Made by a program: the position numbers and the translations under genes. This document shows positions 1 through 10,143 of a DNA stretch of 64,000 bases, in pieces. The stretch comes from an uncultured Muribaculaceae bacterium (GTDB lineage Bacteria; Bacillota_I; Bacilli_A; RF39; UBA660): assembly GCA_964616485.1 (NCBI GenBank), contig CAZTRB010000005.1, positions 11,592 through 75,591 of the forward strand, read 5' to 3'. Under the pieces are notes generated by a model. The model saw only the letters and a list, made by a program, of their open reading frames with translations. It was not told the origin of the DNA and did no database searches. How positions within the stretch are numbered: position 1 is the first letter of the stretch; the number at the start of each line of letters is the position of its first letter.

Positions 1-613
1 TTCTATATTTGGATCATAGCAATCATCAGATGTTGCAAAAAATAAGTCTGCTTTTGTAGTCCAAGGAACAACAAAATCGTAAAATCCATCTAATTGTCCT
101 AATCTAGTAAATAATCCCGTAGAAACTTCTAACTCTATTTTCTTCGTATCATTTTCTGTTTTGTAATTTATTATTCCAAGTAAACTCTTAGCAGTATCTA
201 AAGAATCAACTCCATCAAATTCTCTAACTTCTCCCCAAAGCGTTCCTTCATTAAGTACTTGTTTGTTAAAATCAGAATAAGCATAAATAACAAATCCCAT
301 CTCTTCATTAACCAATATAACCTCTTCTTCATTAAACAACTCTGGAATAACACTAGGTTGCTCTACCCTATATACAATTTCAAACCCGTGTATATCACAT
401 CTTTCTAAAAACAGATTCCAAGGCATTGACTCATATGTATCTCCAGCTGCTGTCAATAGTGGTAAGAGCATTTCATAAACCTTTGATTTGGATTTTATAT
501 ACATAAGTTGATCTTCTCTACTCCAATCAGATCTTTTTTTTCCTATTTTTCTTTCAAAAAACTCTTCATTATAAATATTTAGTAAATCTCTTATTTCTTT
601 ATCATCACCCATT
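1..613 (-). CDS. hypothetical cytoplasmic protein, C-terminal part outside window (N-terminus MGDDKEIRDLLNIYNEEFFERK...)
   Basis: Reverse-strand ATG at 611-613 with AGGAGA 6 nt upstream; open frame continues to position 1; not in ORF track because no stop in window; no recognisable family motif. Confidence 0.45.
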
Positions 614-749
614 TTATTCTCCTAAACTTCTCTATTATTCTCTTTAATTTAATATAATAGTATTGATAAAATTACAAAAACGATTAAGAGAATAAATATT
701 GCACTTTTTCTTTATTTTTTTATATATATTATACAACTATTTTAGATTT

Positions 750-784
750 TATAAATAAAAAAGATAGATACTTTAATCTATCTT
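750..784 (-). terminator. intrinsic terminator after 778..1974 gene
   Basis: Hairpin aagatagat-actttaa-tctatctt (761-784, includes stop codon) followed on minus strand by T-run (plus-strand ataaataaaa). Confidence 0.5.
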
Positions 785-1974
785 TGATCAGAACCATTAC
801 CTACTTGCGGTAATAGTTCTTTAGGTCCATCAATACCCGGAACTTTTGAATCCGTCATATTCTTAAGAGTTATTAATTTAGCCACATTAGTAGCCGTTTT
901 TAATCCTTGAATAATACGCTCTTTTTGTTCAGGAGTAATTGGTTCTTGTTTTGCTTCTCCATAAAAAGGATGATAAACATTTCCCGAGATTAAATCTACG
1001 GTTATACCAGCATCATAGTTTAAACCATCATTGTAACTGGTAGATAACCTTAAAACAGCTGAACCTTTTTTTGTTGAAACACTATAATTTATAGATTCTC
1101 TTGCCTCTGGAGCCGATTTATAACTTATACTATACTCTAATATCTTATCATCATCGTAAGATATTCTATTATATCCAACATCTCCATGTCCATTAAAAGC
1201 ATTCATAATCATCTCATCTTCTGAAGTAACGTGGATATCCCACCTAACATTATCACTAAAATCTTTTGGATCTCTTATGTTAGGATTAGCAAAAGGATTT
1301 ATAGCATCACAAAGATCTCTTAAATTAGGATATATTTCTAACGCTGCTTCACTAGTTCCAAAATCTACCATATTATGTTTATTAAGCCATTCATCAATCG
1401 TAATATTTGGTTTTCCTTGTTCAATCAATCTTCTGTAAACTTCAGCCAATAACTCTTCTTGTTTATCAGCATGTATACTTATATTCGGATTATTTAAATT
1501 TTTCCCTTTAAAAAAATCTTCAAATTCGGTAAAAAAGATTATAGGTCCTATTTTTTTATTCATATTATAAGACTCTATATACATACTTTCTAAGTCATCT
1601 TCAATTAATTGATTTCTTTTTGCCTTAATAATATCTGAATACTTATATGGATAAACAGGATAAATTTCTTTATCAACAAATTCTTTGAATTCTTCAAATC
1701 TAGCGCTAGTACAAAACTCATTTGGACTATGACTCTCAAGATCTCTGCCTATTCTAATACCAGATAGAACACTTTTCGGATGTTTAGCGTATATTCTTTG
1801 TGCTAACTCTAATGGTATTTTACCACTAACATTTATATTACCTTCACTATTAAGACTTATGCTTATACCATCCTTAGAATATTCATCTGTTTCTATTCCC
1901 TTATCATTGATAACAGTACCCTTACGTTCTATCTCCAAGACGTCCATTAAAACTTTTAATTCTAATTCACTCAT
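778..1974 (-). CDS. hypothetical protein, 398 aa, no signal peptide or TM
   Basis: Long ORF with typical local codon usage; no motif I can assign; sits next to NERD-domain gene. Confidence 0.55.
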   Translation of the reverse strand: MSELELKVLMDVLEIERKGTVINDKGIETDEYSKDGISISLNSEGNINVSGKIPLELAQRIYAKHPKSVLSGIRIGRDLESHSPNEFCTSARFEEFKEFVDKEIYPVYPYKYSDIIKAKRNQLIEDDLESMYIESYNMNKKIGPIIFFTEFEDFFKGKNLNNPNISIHADKQEELLAEVYRRLIEQGKPNITIDEWLNKHNMVDFGTSEAALEIYPNLRDLCDAINPFANPNIRDPKDFSDNVRWDIHVTSEDEMIMNAFNGHGDVGYNRISYDDDKILEYSISYKSAPEARESINYSVSTKKGSAVLRLSTSYNDGLNYDAGITVDLISGNVYHPFYGEAKQEPITPEQKERIIQGLKTATNVAKLITLKNMTDSKVPGIDGPKELLPQVGNGSDQR

Positions 1975-2063
1975 TTTATTCCCCCTTTATGAATTTGGCA
2001 TTTATTGTATACGACTTAACACTAAAAGTCAAGATTTAGAAAACAAACAAAAATAATTAAATA

Positions 2064-2771
2064 TTATTTTTTTATTTTCAATTTTTCTATATGTTCTTTT
2101 TTTTCTACATTAGTTTTTTTTCCGTATTGTTTCAATTTATTATAAATAGTGTCTATTTCATCAATAGTCAACTCTTTTACATGTTCACTAATTAATATTC
2201 TTTCTTTTAACTCTTGCCTCTGAATAACTACCTTTCTGTCTACGTTTAATTTTTTAAATTCACTTCGTTCACTAAACACTATTAAAGAGTAAATTTTATT
2301 ATTTGGTATCAATTTTTCTAGATATTTAATATGTTTATGATTTTGCCACAGGGGATTATAAAACTTATATTTTTTTCCATATATATTACTTAACCAGTCT
2401 TTTTGGTTATAAGAACCATATATCCATCCACTATAATTCTTACTTTCAATAACATAAATACCAGAAGTGGTAATGTACACTAAATCAATCTCAGTCGTAC
2501 CATCTTCAGTAGGTATATATAAATTTGTTAATATCTTTGAATAAACGGGTATTTTCTCTAACTTAATAAACGTTAATCCTTCACCAAAATAACCTGTATC
2601 AATTAAAAATCTTAATAAGCTTACTCCACTTTCTTTTCTATAATTAGATTTGTAATACATAATTATATAAGGAATTTCTCTAAATAAATTTATTAAAAAT
2701 AATATAAGCAATAACCATCTAAGAGTATATATTAATTCTATAAAATTTTTAATAAGTTCTAATATTATCAT
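2064..2771 (-). CDS. NERD (nuclease-related domain) protein with N-terminal transmembrane segment
   Basis: N-terminal hydrophobic helix then segment GEGLTFIKLEKI...TEIDLVYITTSGIYVIESKNYSGWIYGSYNQKDW...YKFYNPLWQNHKHIKYLEKL typical of NERD domains. Confidence 0.6.
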   Translation of the reverse strand: MIILELIKNFIELIYTLRWLLLILFLINLFREIPYIIMYYKSNYRKESGVSLLRFLIDTGYFGEGLTFIKLEKIPVYSKILTNLYIPTEDGTTEIDLVYITTSGIYVIESKNYSGWIYGSYNQKDWLSNIYGKKYKFYNPLWQNHKHIKYLEKLIPNNKIYSLIVFSERSEFKKLNVDRKVVIQRQELKERILISEHVKELTIDEIDTIYNKLKQYGKKTNVEKKEHIEKLKIKK

Positions 2772-2830
2772 AATATTTTCTCCTAACAGTAAGTTTGAAT
2801 TTTTTAGAAATAATTTCGTTTTAATTTTAT

Positions 2831-2860
2831 AAACAAAAATGAAGAACCTTTCGGTCCTTC
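2831..2860 (-). terminator. recG intrinsic terminator
   Basis: Hairpin gaagaacc-tttc-ggtccttc (2841-2860) with A-run 2831-2840 on plus strand = T-run on minus strand downstream of recG stop. Confidence 0.55.
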
Positions 2861-2998
2861 GTCAGGGGGTTTTTGGTTGAATACACTCTCACATTATTAT
2901 AACCGTAAGAGCGAAACAGCATAATGTATTATCATTATGCATATTTATAATAATATGTATTTAGATAATTGTCAATTAGTTAGTTGATTTTTCCATAA

Positions 2999-4993
2999 TT
3001 AATCGGTATTTATTTCCGATATTAATCTTATTCTTAATTTATCTTTTTCATATTGTTCATCTTTTAAAAATTCTTCTGAATCTTTCTTCGCTTGAACTAA
3101 GATTTTATAGTCTATTCTTAGGTTAGCTATCTTAAAGGCCATATCTCCACTTTGTTTAGTACCGAAAAGATCTCCTGACCCTCTTAGTTTAAAGTCTTCT
3201 TCGCTAATAACGAAACCATCATTTATCGTTTCCATGATCTCTAATCTCTTAGTATCACTATTACTTATTAGTAAGCATTTTGATTCGATAGCGTTTCTTC
3301 CCACTCTTCCTCTTAATTGGTGAAGAGTCGAGAGTCCGAATCTATTGGCATTAAAGATTACCATCATCGTCGCATTTGGAACGTCTACTCCGACTTCGAT
3401 AACTGTCGTACTTATTAAGATATTGATCTTATTTTGTTTAAACTCTGACATGATAAGGTCTTTTTCTTTGGTCTTCATCTTTCCATGAACGATGTCGATA
3501 TTATATTTATTACCGAATACTAAGTTCATCTTATCTCTAAGAGTATAGACATTTAATAGATCTAATTCCTCATTCTCTTCGATTAGAGGTGCTATTACAT
3601 AGATTTGATAGTTCTTCTCTAGTTCATTACTCATCTGTTGATAGACTTCTTTCATCTCTTTTTCTGAATAGACTTTAGTCTTAACAGGTAGTCTTCCTTT
3701 AGGCATCTCTTTTATCGTTGAAACATCCATATCACCGTATACTGTTAATGCAAAAGTTCTCGGTATAGGAGTAGCACTCATATATAAGACGTCTGGCTTA
3801 ATACCTTTGTTTTTCAAGTTTGATCTTTGGTTAACTCCGAAACGATGTTGTTCATCGGTTACGACTAATCCTAGATTCTTGTATTCTACCTCTTCTTGAA
3901 TAAGAGCGTGGGTACCGATAATAATATCGACTTCACCATTCTTTAAATCTTCATAAATTACTTGTTTATCTTTCTTTGAGATAGAACCGATTAATAATTC
4001 TACTTTTAAGTCTTCGCTCTTAAATAACTCTCTTATATTGTTATAATGCTGAATAGCTAGTATTTCTGTCGGTGCCATCAAAGCACTCTGATAACCACAA
4101 AGTTTATTATAATACATAGCCATAATAGCTACTATCGTCTTACCACTACCAACGTCTCCTTGTAATAGACGATTCATTCTTCTCGTACTACTCAAGTCTT
4201 TAATTATCTCATCGATCGCATTTACTTGATCACTTGTTAATTCGAATGGTAACTTCTTAACTAGTGTATTTATATCTTTATCAGTCTTTCTTTCAACACC
4301 GATATTGTTCTTATTATTTTCGGCTTTCAAATAGTTTATCTTAAACATAAACTCGAATAACTCTTCGTATTTAAGTCTCATACTAGCTTCTTTTAACTTA
4401 TCATAATTAGGCGGATTATGAACGATATTAAGAGCCGTCTTTTTATTTAGAAAATCATATTTCTCAATTAAATGCCTTGGTATTCCTTCGGTAATATCTC
4501 TTCCATATTGAATAAGAGCATTATTAATACTATTAGCGATTATCTTTTGTGATAATCCGCTAGTAGTATGATAGACTGACTCAATCTTTTCTTTATCATT
4601 TAACGAACCAAATTTAATATCCGAGGCGTTGATGATATTCTTACTCTTATCATACTTACCTAAGACGATTACTTTCTCTCCGATATTAAGACTCTTCTTT
4701 AAGAATGCTCTTCCAAAGATCGATATACCTACTACGCCATAGACTGTTAGTAATCTAAAGTTTAACTTATTTAGACCACCTCTAAATCTAATGACGATCG
4801 GAACACTCTCGACTTTTCCATCGATAACGATCTTTTGCTCGACATCATCGATCGCTCTTATATCAGTCCTTTTTAAGACTTCATATCTATAAGGATAGTG
4901 GGTTACTAAATCATCTATCGTTAAAATATTTAATTTATTAAACAACTCTTCTGTTTTCGGACCTATTCCTTTTACTCCAGACAACTTATCCAT
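2999..4993 (-). CDS. recG: ATP-dependent DNA helicase RecG
   Basis: Wedge-domain N-terminus MDKLSGVKGIGPKTEE...HYPYRYE; helicase motif I GDVGSGKT and DEQHRFGV; ORF-track start at 5083 is probably an upstream extension, MDKL start chosen by alignment to RecG N-termini. Confidence 0.9.
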   Translation of the reverse strand: MDKLSGVKGIGPKTEELFNKLNILTIDDLVTHYPYRYEVLKRTDIRAIDDVEQKIVIDGKVESVPIVIRFRGGLNKLNFRLLTVYGVVGISIFGRAFLKKSLNIGEKVIVLGKYDKSKNIINASDIKFGSLNDKEKIESVYHTTSGLSQKIIANSINNALIQYGRDITEGIPRHLIEKYDFLNKKTALNIVHNPPNYDKLKEASMRLKYEELFEFMFKINYLKAENNKNNIGVERKTDKDINTLVKKLPFELTSDQVNAIDEIIKDLSSTRRMNRLLQGDVGSGKTIVAIMAMYYNKLCGYQSALMAPTEILAIQHYNNIRELFKSEDLKVELLIGSISKKDKQVIYEDLKNGEVDIIIGTHALIQEEVEYKNLGLVVTDEQHRFGVNQRSNLKNKGIKPDVLYMSATPIPRTFALTVYGDMDVSTIKEMPKGRLPVKTKVYSEKEMKEVYQQMSNELEKNYQIYVIAPLIEENEELDLLNVYTLRDKMNLVFGNKYNIDIVHGKMKTKEKDLIMSEFKQNKINILISTTVIEVGVDVPNATMMVIFNANRFGLSTLHQLRGRVGRNAIESKCLLISNSDTKRLEIMETINDGFVISEEDFKLRGSGDLFGTKQSGDMAFKIANLRIDYKILVQAKKDSEEFLKDEQYEKDKLRIRLISEINTD

Positions 4994-5051
4994 ACTATCA
5001 CTTCCCTGCACTGTATTATAGCACATTTTAGGGAATATAAAAAGTGAAACC

Positions 5052-5495
5052 TTACATTTCGAATAAGGTTTCACTAAATACACATATTAGATCTTCGTCT
5101 AGTTTCAAGGATTTATTATTTATTATCGTAAATGATAATTCTTCGTTTTCATTTAAAGTATCATATTCACTAAAAGAGTTGGTATTTATTAATTTTAAGT
5201 TATCAGAAAATATCTCATATGTTCCTTCTAGCTTAATATGTCCTTCACAAGAACTAATACTGAGTTCATAAGTAAAATCATCTCTAAGTTTTAAATAAGT
5301 GTTCATATCGTCTTTTACTCTATAGTCACCGTGCAGCTTCGTATCTGAAAAAGATCTCTTATTAACTGTATTAACAGCATAAACGTAAACTTCAATAGGT
5401 GTTGGAACGACAATGTATACTAGGATAATACTAAAAACTGCTATAAGTAAAAAAGTAATATTGGCTATTTTATTAAAGTCTCTACTCTCTTTCAT
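5052..5495 (-). CDS. hypothetical membrane-anchored protein (N-terminal TM, 147 aa)
   Basis: AGGAGG RBS 8 nt upstream of ATG at 5495; single N-terminal hydrophobic helix; no family motif. Confidence 0.5.
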   Translation of the reverse strand: MKESRDFNKIANITFLLIAVFSIILVYIVVPTPIEVYVYAVNTVNKRSFSDTKLHGDYRVKDDMNTYLKLRDDFTYELSISSCEGHIKLEGTYEIFSDNLKLINTNSFSEYDTLNENEELSFTIINNKSLKLDEDLICVFSETLFEM

Positions 5496-5601
5496 ATTAA
5501 AAGCCTCCTCTAATTATAGGATAACTAACAACTTTATAAAAGTAAACTAACAAGAGAGTGAAACAATGTTAACTTTACAATAAAATTTCATCTTTTTGTG
5601 C

Positions 5602-5630
5602 TTGACAAACTAAACCCTTTCGATTATTAT
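5602..5630 (+). promoter_or_regulatory. candidate sigma-A promoter (TTGACA-17-TATTAT) with no downstream plus-strand ORF
   Basis: ttgaca at 5602-5607, 17-nt spacer, tattat at 5625-5630. Confidence 0.3.
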
Positions 5631-5636
5631 ATAAAT

Positions 5637-5700
5637 CACCAGTTCGTAATGGCGAATTGGTCGCTAGTATCACACTAGCCAACCCCTTTTTATTCTTTTT
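5637..5700 (+). ncRNA. candidate small RNA or structured element (unclassified)
   Basis: Begins downstream of the orphan promoter; imperfect hairpin aattggtcgctagt-atcaca-ctagccaacc followed by ccttttttattcttttttt; no ORF on either strand. Confidence 0.2.
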
Positions 5701-5742
5701 TGTGAAGGGCCTTTCTCAGGGGGAAGGCTCTTCCTATTTTAT

Positions 5743-5782
5743 AAGAAAAACAGAGTAACATAAGTTACTCTGTTATTTTTTT
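5743..5782. terminator. bidirectional intrinsic terminator at end of PFOR gene
   Basis: Perfect 9-bp stem cagagtaac-ataa-gttactctg (5751-5772) flanked by A-run (5743-5750) and T-run (5773-5782); stem overlaps PFOR stop codon. Confidence 0.65.
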
Positions 5783-8700
5783 GTCTTCTTTTAAAGACTC
5801 ATAATGTTCGTATACTCTAATAGCTTCTCTCTTATTTATATCATAGAAGTCATCTTTCTTTTCAGGATTGACTTTATTAAGAGCTGCATACCTATTCTCT
5901 CCGTCTAAGAACTCTTCATATTTATCGAAGTCGGCTTTACTATCTAGAGAAAACTCTTCAGTCGTTGGGTTATATCTAAATATTGGGAAGTAACCTGATT
6001 CAGTTGCTTTCTTCTCTTCTTCGATACTAGTTCCCATTCCGGCTTTTATTCCTTGAACGATACATGGTGAATAAGCGATAATAAGTGAAGGTCCTTTGTG
6101 GTTCTTCGCTTCGTTGAAAGCCTTGATCGTCTGCATCATATTGGCACCTAGTGAAACTGTTGCAACATAGACATGAGGATAAGTCATAGCCATCTTAGCT
6201 AGATTCTTCTTGTGTGTCTCTTTACCCGAAGCAGCGAACTTAGCGATACCACCATACTTACTAGATTTAGACGCTTGTCCTCCAGTATTAGAATACATCT
6301 CGGTATCTAATACTAAGATATTAACGTCTTCATTACTTGCTAAGACGTGATCTAGACCGTTGTAACCGATGTCATAAGCCCAACCATCTCCTCCGATTAT
6401 CCAGAATGATTTGGTCTTGATAAAGTCTTTCTCTTCTAATAACTCTGGGATATTAAGACTGTCTACTATTTCATAAAGTCTCTTACTGTTTTCTAGATTA
6501 GTATCTTCTAGGTAAGAATTTACTACTTCTAAGTCATTATCATTTATCTTAGATAGGTTATCTCTTAAGATCATCTTAATCTTATCTTTGTGAATTACTT
6601 CAGATACTCTCATACCGAAACCAAACTCAGCATTGTCTTCAAACAATGAGTTAGCCCATGGTACTGAATAAGGAGTACTCGGTACGCTTCCACCATAAAT
6701 TGAAGAACATCCTGTAGCGTTAGCTATTACTAACTCTTCTCCGAATAATTGTGTTAACAATTTTATATATGGAGTCTCTCCACATCCAGCACAAGCGCCA
6801 GAATACTCGAATTTTGGTGTAGCGAACTGACTTCCCTTAACGGTATTAAGAGTCATCACTTGTTTTTCTGTAACGACGTTAAATAAATAATCCGTCTCTC
6901 TTAAAGTCTCTTCATCATTTATCTGTTCGATAGCCGTCATAACTAGAGCTTTCTCACCCTTCTTACCTGGACAAATGTTAACACATAGACCACAACCAGT
7001 ACACTGCTCGATATTAACACCGATTGCATATTTTAAGTTTTGATCTTTTATATTAGCATCGATTAATTTAGCTTTTAATGATTCTGGTGCATTCTCTACT
7101 TCCTCTTCATTAAGTAGGAAAGGTCTGATTACTCCATGAGGACAAACGAAAGCACACATATTACACATAATACAATTCTCTTCATTATAGACAGGTACTG
7201 TATCGGTAATATTTCTCTTCTCTTCTTTTGATCTTCCACCGACAAAACTACCATCGACAATTTTCTCAAATTCACTAACGGGAATAGAGTATCCTCTACG
7301 CTCATTTATAAGGTCAAAGATCGACTTTCCAACGAATGAAGATTTATTATCTTCGATGTCATCAAAACCAGAGAAATCGACTATTGTAAGTGTTTCTAAA
7401 GCTCTATCTATTGCCCGATTATTCTTCTCGATTACTTCAGTTCCTTTATTTTTAAATAAAGTCTCTAAGGCTTTTTTAATCTCTTTAAAAGCGATTTCAA
7501 AATCAATTAATTTACTTACTTTAAAGATAGCCGTAGCCATAATCGTATTAATCTTATTTCCAAGACCCACTTCATTAGATATCTTATTAGCATTAAGAGA
7601 ATAAACTTTAATATTCCTATTCTTAATAATAGCTCTATCTTTATTACTTAAAGCCTTAAATAATTCTTTATCATCTTTAAAAGTATTGACGATAAAAGTG
7701 CCGTTCTCGACAATATCATCTAACATATCAAACTTAGATAAATAACTATCTTTAGTACACACTACTAGACAAGGTTTGTTAACATAATATGTCGACTTAA
7801 TCGGCTTACTTGCAAAACGCATGTGACTCTTAGTAACACTACCAGACTTCTTCGAATCATACTCGAAGTAACCTTGAACATAAGAATCCGTATTATTACC
7901 GACAATCTTGATTATGTCTTTCGAAACACTGACCATTCCATCAGATCCAAAACCATAGATAACCACTTCTTTAGTCTCATTATCTACTGTTAAAGTGATC
8001 GGATCTAGACTCAAGTTAGTTAAGTCATCTTTTATACCGATCGTAAACCCATTAAACTTATCTTTTCTATCTAAGAACTTATAGACGGCATTTATCAGGC
8101 TAGGATCAGTATCTTTACTAGAAAGACCATATCTTCCTCCGACTACTTTAATGTTCTTACCTGTTTCCCTAATTACATTAGATATATCTAAATATAAAGG
8201 TTCGCTAGTCCCATGTTCTTTAGTACGACTTAAGACTGCTATATCAGTAACTGTATCTGGTAAAACATCTAATAAATATTTACTGCTAAACGGACGATAT
8301 AAGTGTACTTCGATTAGTCCAATCTTCTCACCCTTTAAACTATTGATAGTCTCTTTAATCGTCTCACAAATAGAACCCATAGCAACGATAATCTTCGTCG
8401 CGTCTTTTGCTCCATAATAATTAAACGGCTTATAGTCTCTTCCCGTAATAGCATTAATCTTTTTCATATACTCATTAACGATATCGGGAAGATTATCATA
8501 ATACTTATTTCTAGCTTCCGATAACTGGAAATAAATATCATCATTAGTATTAGTTCCTCTCGTTAAGTTATTAATACTTAAAGCTCTAGACCTAAACTCT
8601 TTTAAAGCGTCTTCATTTATTAATTCCTTTACTTTTTGAAAATCGATCACTTCTATCTTTTGTAACTCATGACTAGTCCTGAAACCATCAAAAGTATTTA

Positions 8701-9196
8701 TAAAAGGAACTTTACCTTCCATCGTAGAAAGATAACTAACGTTACTTAAATCCATTACTTCTTGAACAGAAGAGGATTGTAATATAGCAAACCCCGTCGT
8801 TCTAGCAGCATAGATATCTTGATGATCTCCTAAAATAGAAAGCGAATGACTCGCTAAAGAACGAGAAGCTACATTTATAACACAAGGAAATAACTGCCCT
8901 GCAATCTTATACATATTAGGAATCATCAACAAGAGTCCTTGAGAAGCCGTAAATGTCGTAGCTAAGATACCATTTTGAAGAGCACCATGAACCATAGCGA
9001 TAGCACCGGCTTCACTCTCCATCTCGACTACTTTTATTTTCGATCCCCAATAATTCTTCTTCCCTTCAGCACTCCAACTATCGACATTCTCAGCCATAGG
9101 TGATGCGGGTGTTATCGGATATATACCGGCTAGTTCAGAAAAATTATAAGCGACTAAACTACACGCTTCATTACCATCCATTATCTTATACATCAA
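5765..9196 (-). CDS. nifJ: pyruvate:ferredoxin (flavodoxin) oxidoreductase, single-chain PFOR
   Basis: N-terminus MDGNEACSLVAYNFSELAGIYPITPASPMAE; two CxxCxxCxxxCP ferredoxin motifs (CIMCNMCAFVCP, CTGCGLCVNICP); TPP-binding GDGW region; 1143 aa. Confidence 0.92.
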   Translation of the reverse strand: MMYKIMDGNEACSLVAYNFSELAGIYPITPASPMAENVDSWSAEGKKNYWGSKIKVVEMESEAGAIAMVHGALQNGILATTFTASQGLLLMIPNMYKIAGQLFPCVINVASRSLASHSLSILGDHQDIYAARTTGFAILQSSSVQEVMDLSNVSYLSTMEGKVPFINTFDGFRTSHELQKIEVIDFQKVKELINEDALKEFRSRALSINNLTRGTNTNDDIYFQLSEARNKYYDNLPDIVNEYMKKINAITGRDYKPFNYYGAKDATKIIVAMGSICETIKETINSLKGEKIGLIEVHLYRPFSSKYLLDVLPDTVTDIAVLSRTKEHGTSEPLYLDISNVIRETGKNIKVVGGRYGLSSKDTDPSLINAVYKFLDRKDKFNGFTIGIKDDLTNLSLDPITLTVDNETKEVVIYGFGSDGMVSVSKDIIKIVGNNTDSYVQGYFEYDSKKSGSVTKSHMRFASKPIKSTYYVNKPCLVVCTKDSYLSKFDMLDDIVENGTFIVNTFKDDKELFKALSNKDRAIIKNRNIKVYSLNANKISNEVGLGNKINTIMATAIFKVSKLIDFEIAFKEIKKALETLFKNKGTEVIEKNNRAIDRALETLTIVDFSGFDDIEDNKSSFVGKSIFDLINERRGYSIPVSEFEKIVDGSFVGGRSKEEKRNITDTVPVYNEENCIMCNMCAFVCPHGVIRPFLLNEEEVENAPESLKAKLIDANIKDQNLKYAIGVNIEQCTGCGLCVNICPGKKGEKALVMTAIEQINDEETLRETDYLFNVVTEKQVMTLNTVKGSQFATPKFEYSGACAGCGETPYIKLLTQLFGEELVIANATGCSSIYGGSVPSTPYSVPWANSLFEDNAEFGFGMRVSEVIHKDKIKMILRDNLSKINDNDLEVVNSYLEDTNLENSKRLYEIVDSLNIPELLEEKDFIKTKSFWIIGGDGWAYDIGYNGLDHVLASNEDVNILVLDTEMYSNTGGQASKSSKYGGIAKFAASGKETHKKNLAKMAMTYPHVYVATVSLGANMMQTIKAFNEAKNHKGPSLIIAYSPCIVQGIKAGMGTSIEEEKKATESGYFPIFRYNPTTEEFSLDSKADFDKYEEFLDGENRYAALNKVNPEKKDDFYDINKREAIRVYEHYESLKEDKKITE

Positions 9197-10142
9197 TATT
9201 TCTCCTTTTTAATCCCTTACTCATCTCTTTAATAATGTATATAGGTCTTTTCTTTATCTCTGAATATACCTTCGATAAATAGGCTCCTATTATTCCTAAT
9301 GAGAATAGTTGAACTCCTCCGACGAAGAAGATTAACCAAAATACTAATAACACACTACTTATAGAGACATCTATTATTAAGTTTACCACAATTATAACGA
9401 ATAAGACAAACGCTACGAGAGAAAATAATAGACTCATTACAAAAGGAATCATCAAAGGAACTGTTGAAAAACCAATTATTCCCTCGAAAGCATACACTAA
9501 GAGATTCCAAAAACTCCACTTAGTATTACCTGCCACTCTCTCGACATTCTTATACTCTAACCACTTAGTCTTAAATCCAACGAAAGTAAACAGACCTTTA
9601 GAATAACGATTATACTCTCTCATCGTCAAGATTGAATCGACTACTTGTCTTCTCATCAATCTAAAGTCTCTAGCTCCATCGACCATCTCTGTCTTAGAAA
9701 TTTTATTTATCAACTTATAAAATCTTCTAGCAAAGAAACTCCTAATAGGTGGTTCTCCTTTTCTAGTCGTCCTCCTACAAGCTACGACATCGTAGTCCTC
9801 CTCTTTAATAAGACGATACATCTCTTCTAAAAGACTAGGTGGATCTTGTAAATCAGCATCAAGCGTCGCTACATAATCTCCAGTCGCATGTTCTAATCCC
9901 GCTAAAACAGCACCTTCTTTACCAAAGTTTCTAGAAAGAGAAATATACTCTACTCTCTTATCTTTCTTCTTTAATTCTTTAATATATTCTAAAGTATTAT
10001 CTTTAGAACAATCATTGACAAAGACAAATTCAAAATTAACTTTCTTTAAGTTTTCTGCTATCCTAGTTACTTCTTCATAAAAGTAAGGAAGCGACTCCTC
10101 TTCATTATAACAAGGAACGACTAACGATATTTTTTCTCTCAT
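9186..10142 (-). CDS. family 2 glycosyltransferase, GtrB/CsbB-like polyprenyl-phosphate sugar synthase with C-terminal TM helices
   Basis: LVVPCYNEEESL...NDCSKDNT...DADLQDPP (DxD region) and two C-terminal TM helices, typical of bactoprenol-P glycosyltransferases. Confidence 0.85.
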   Translation of the reverse strand: MREKISLVVPCYNEEESLPYFYEEVTRIAENLKKVNFEFVFVNDCSKDNTLEYIKELKKKDKRVEYISLSRNFGKEGAVLAGLEHATGDYVATLDADLQDPPSLLEEMYRLIKEEDYDVVACRRTTRKGEPPIRSFFARRFYKLINKISKTEMVDGARDFRLMRRQVVDSILTMREYNRYSKGLFTFVGFKTKWLEYKNVERVAGNTKWSFWNLLVYAFEGIIGFSTVPLMIPFVMSLLFSLVAFVLFVIIVVNLIIDVSISSVLLVFWLIFFVGGVQLFSLGIIGAYLSKVYSEIKKRPIYIIKEMSKGLKRRNIDV

Positions 10143-10143
10143 A

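Noticed and set aside
1859-2056. 65-aa plus-strand ORF
   Set aside because: It overlaps the 3' end of the 778-1974 gene on the opposite strand and has no RBS. It is an AT-rich chance ORF.
5044-5271. 75-aa plus-strand ORF overlapping recG start and the 147-aa gene
   Set aside because: It is antisense to a gene with an RBS-supported start and has no independent signals.
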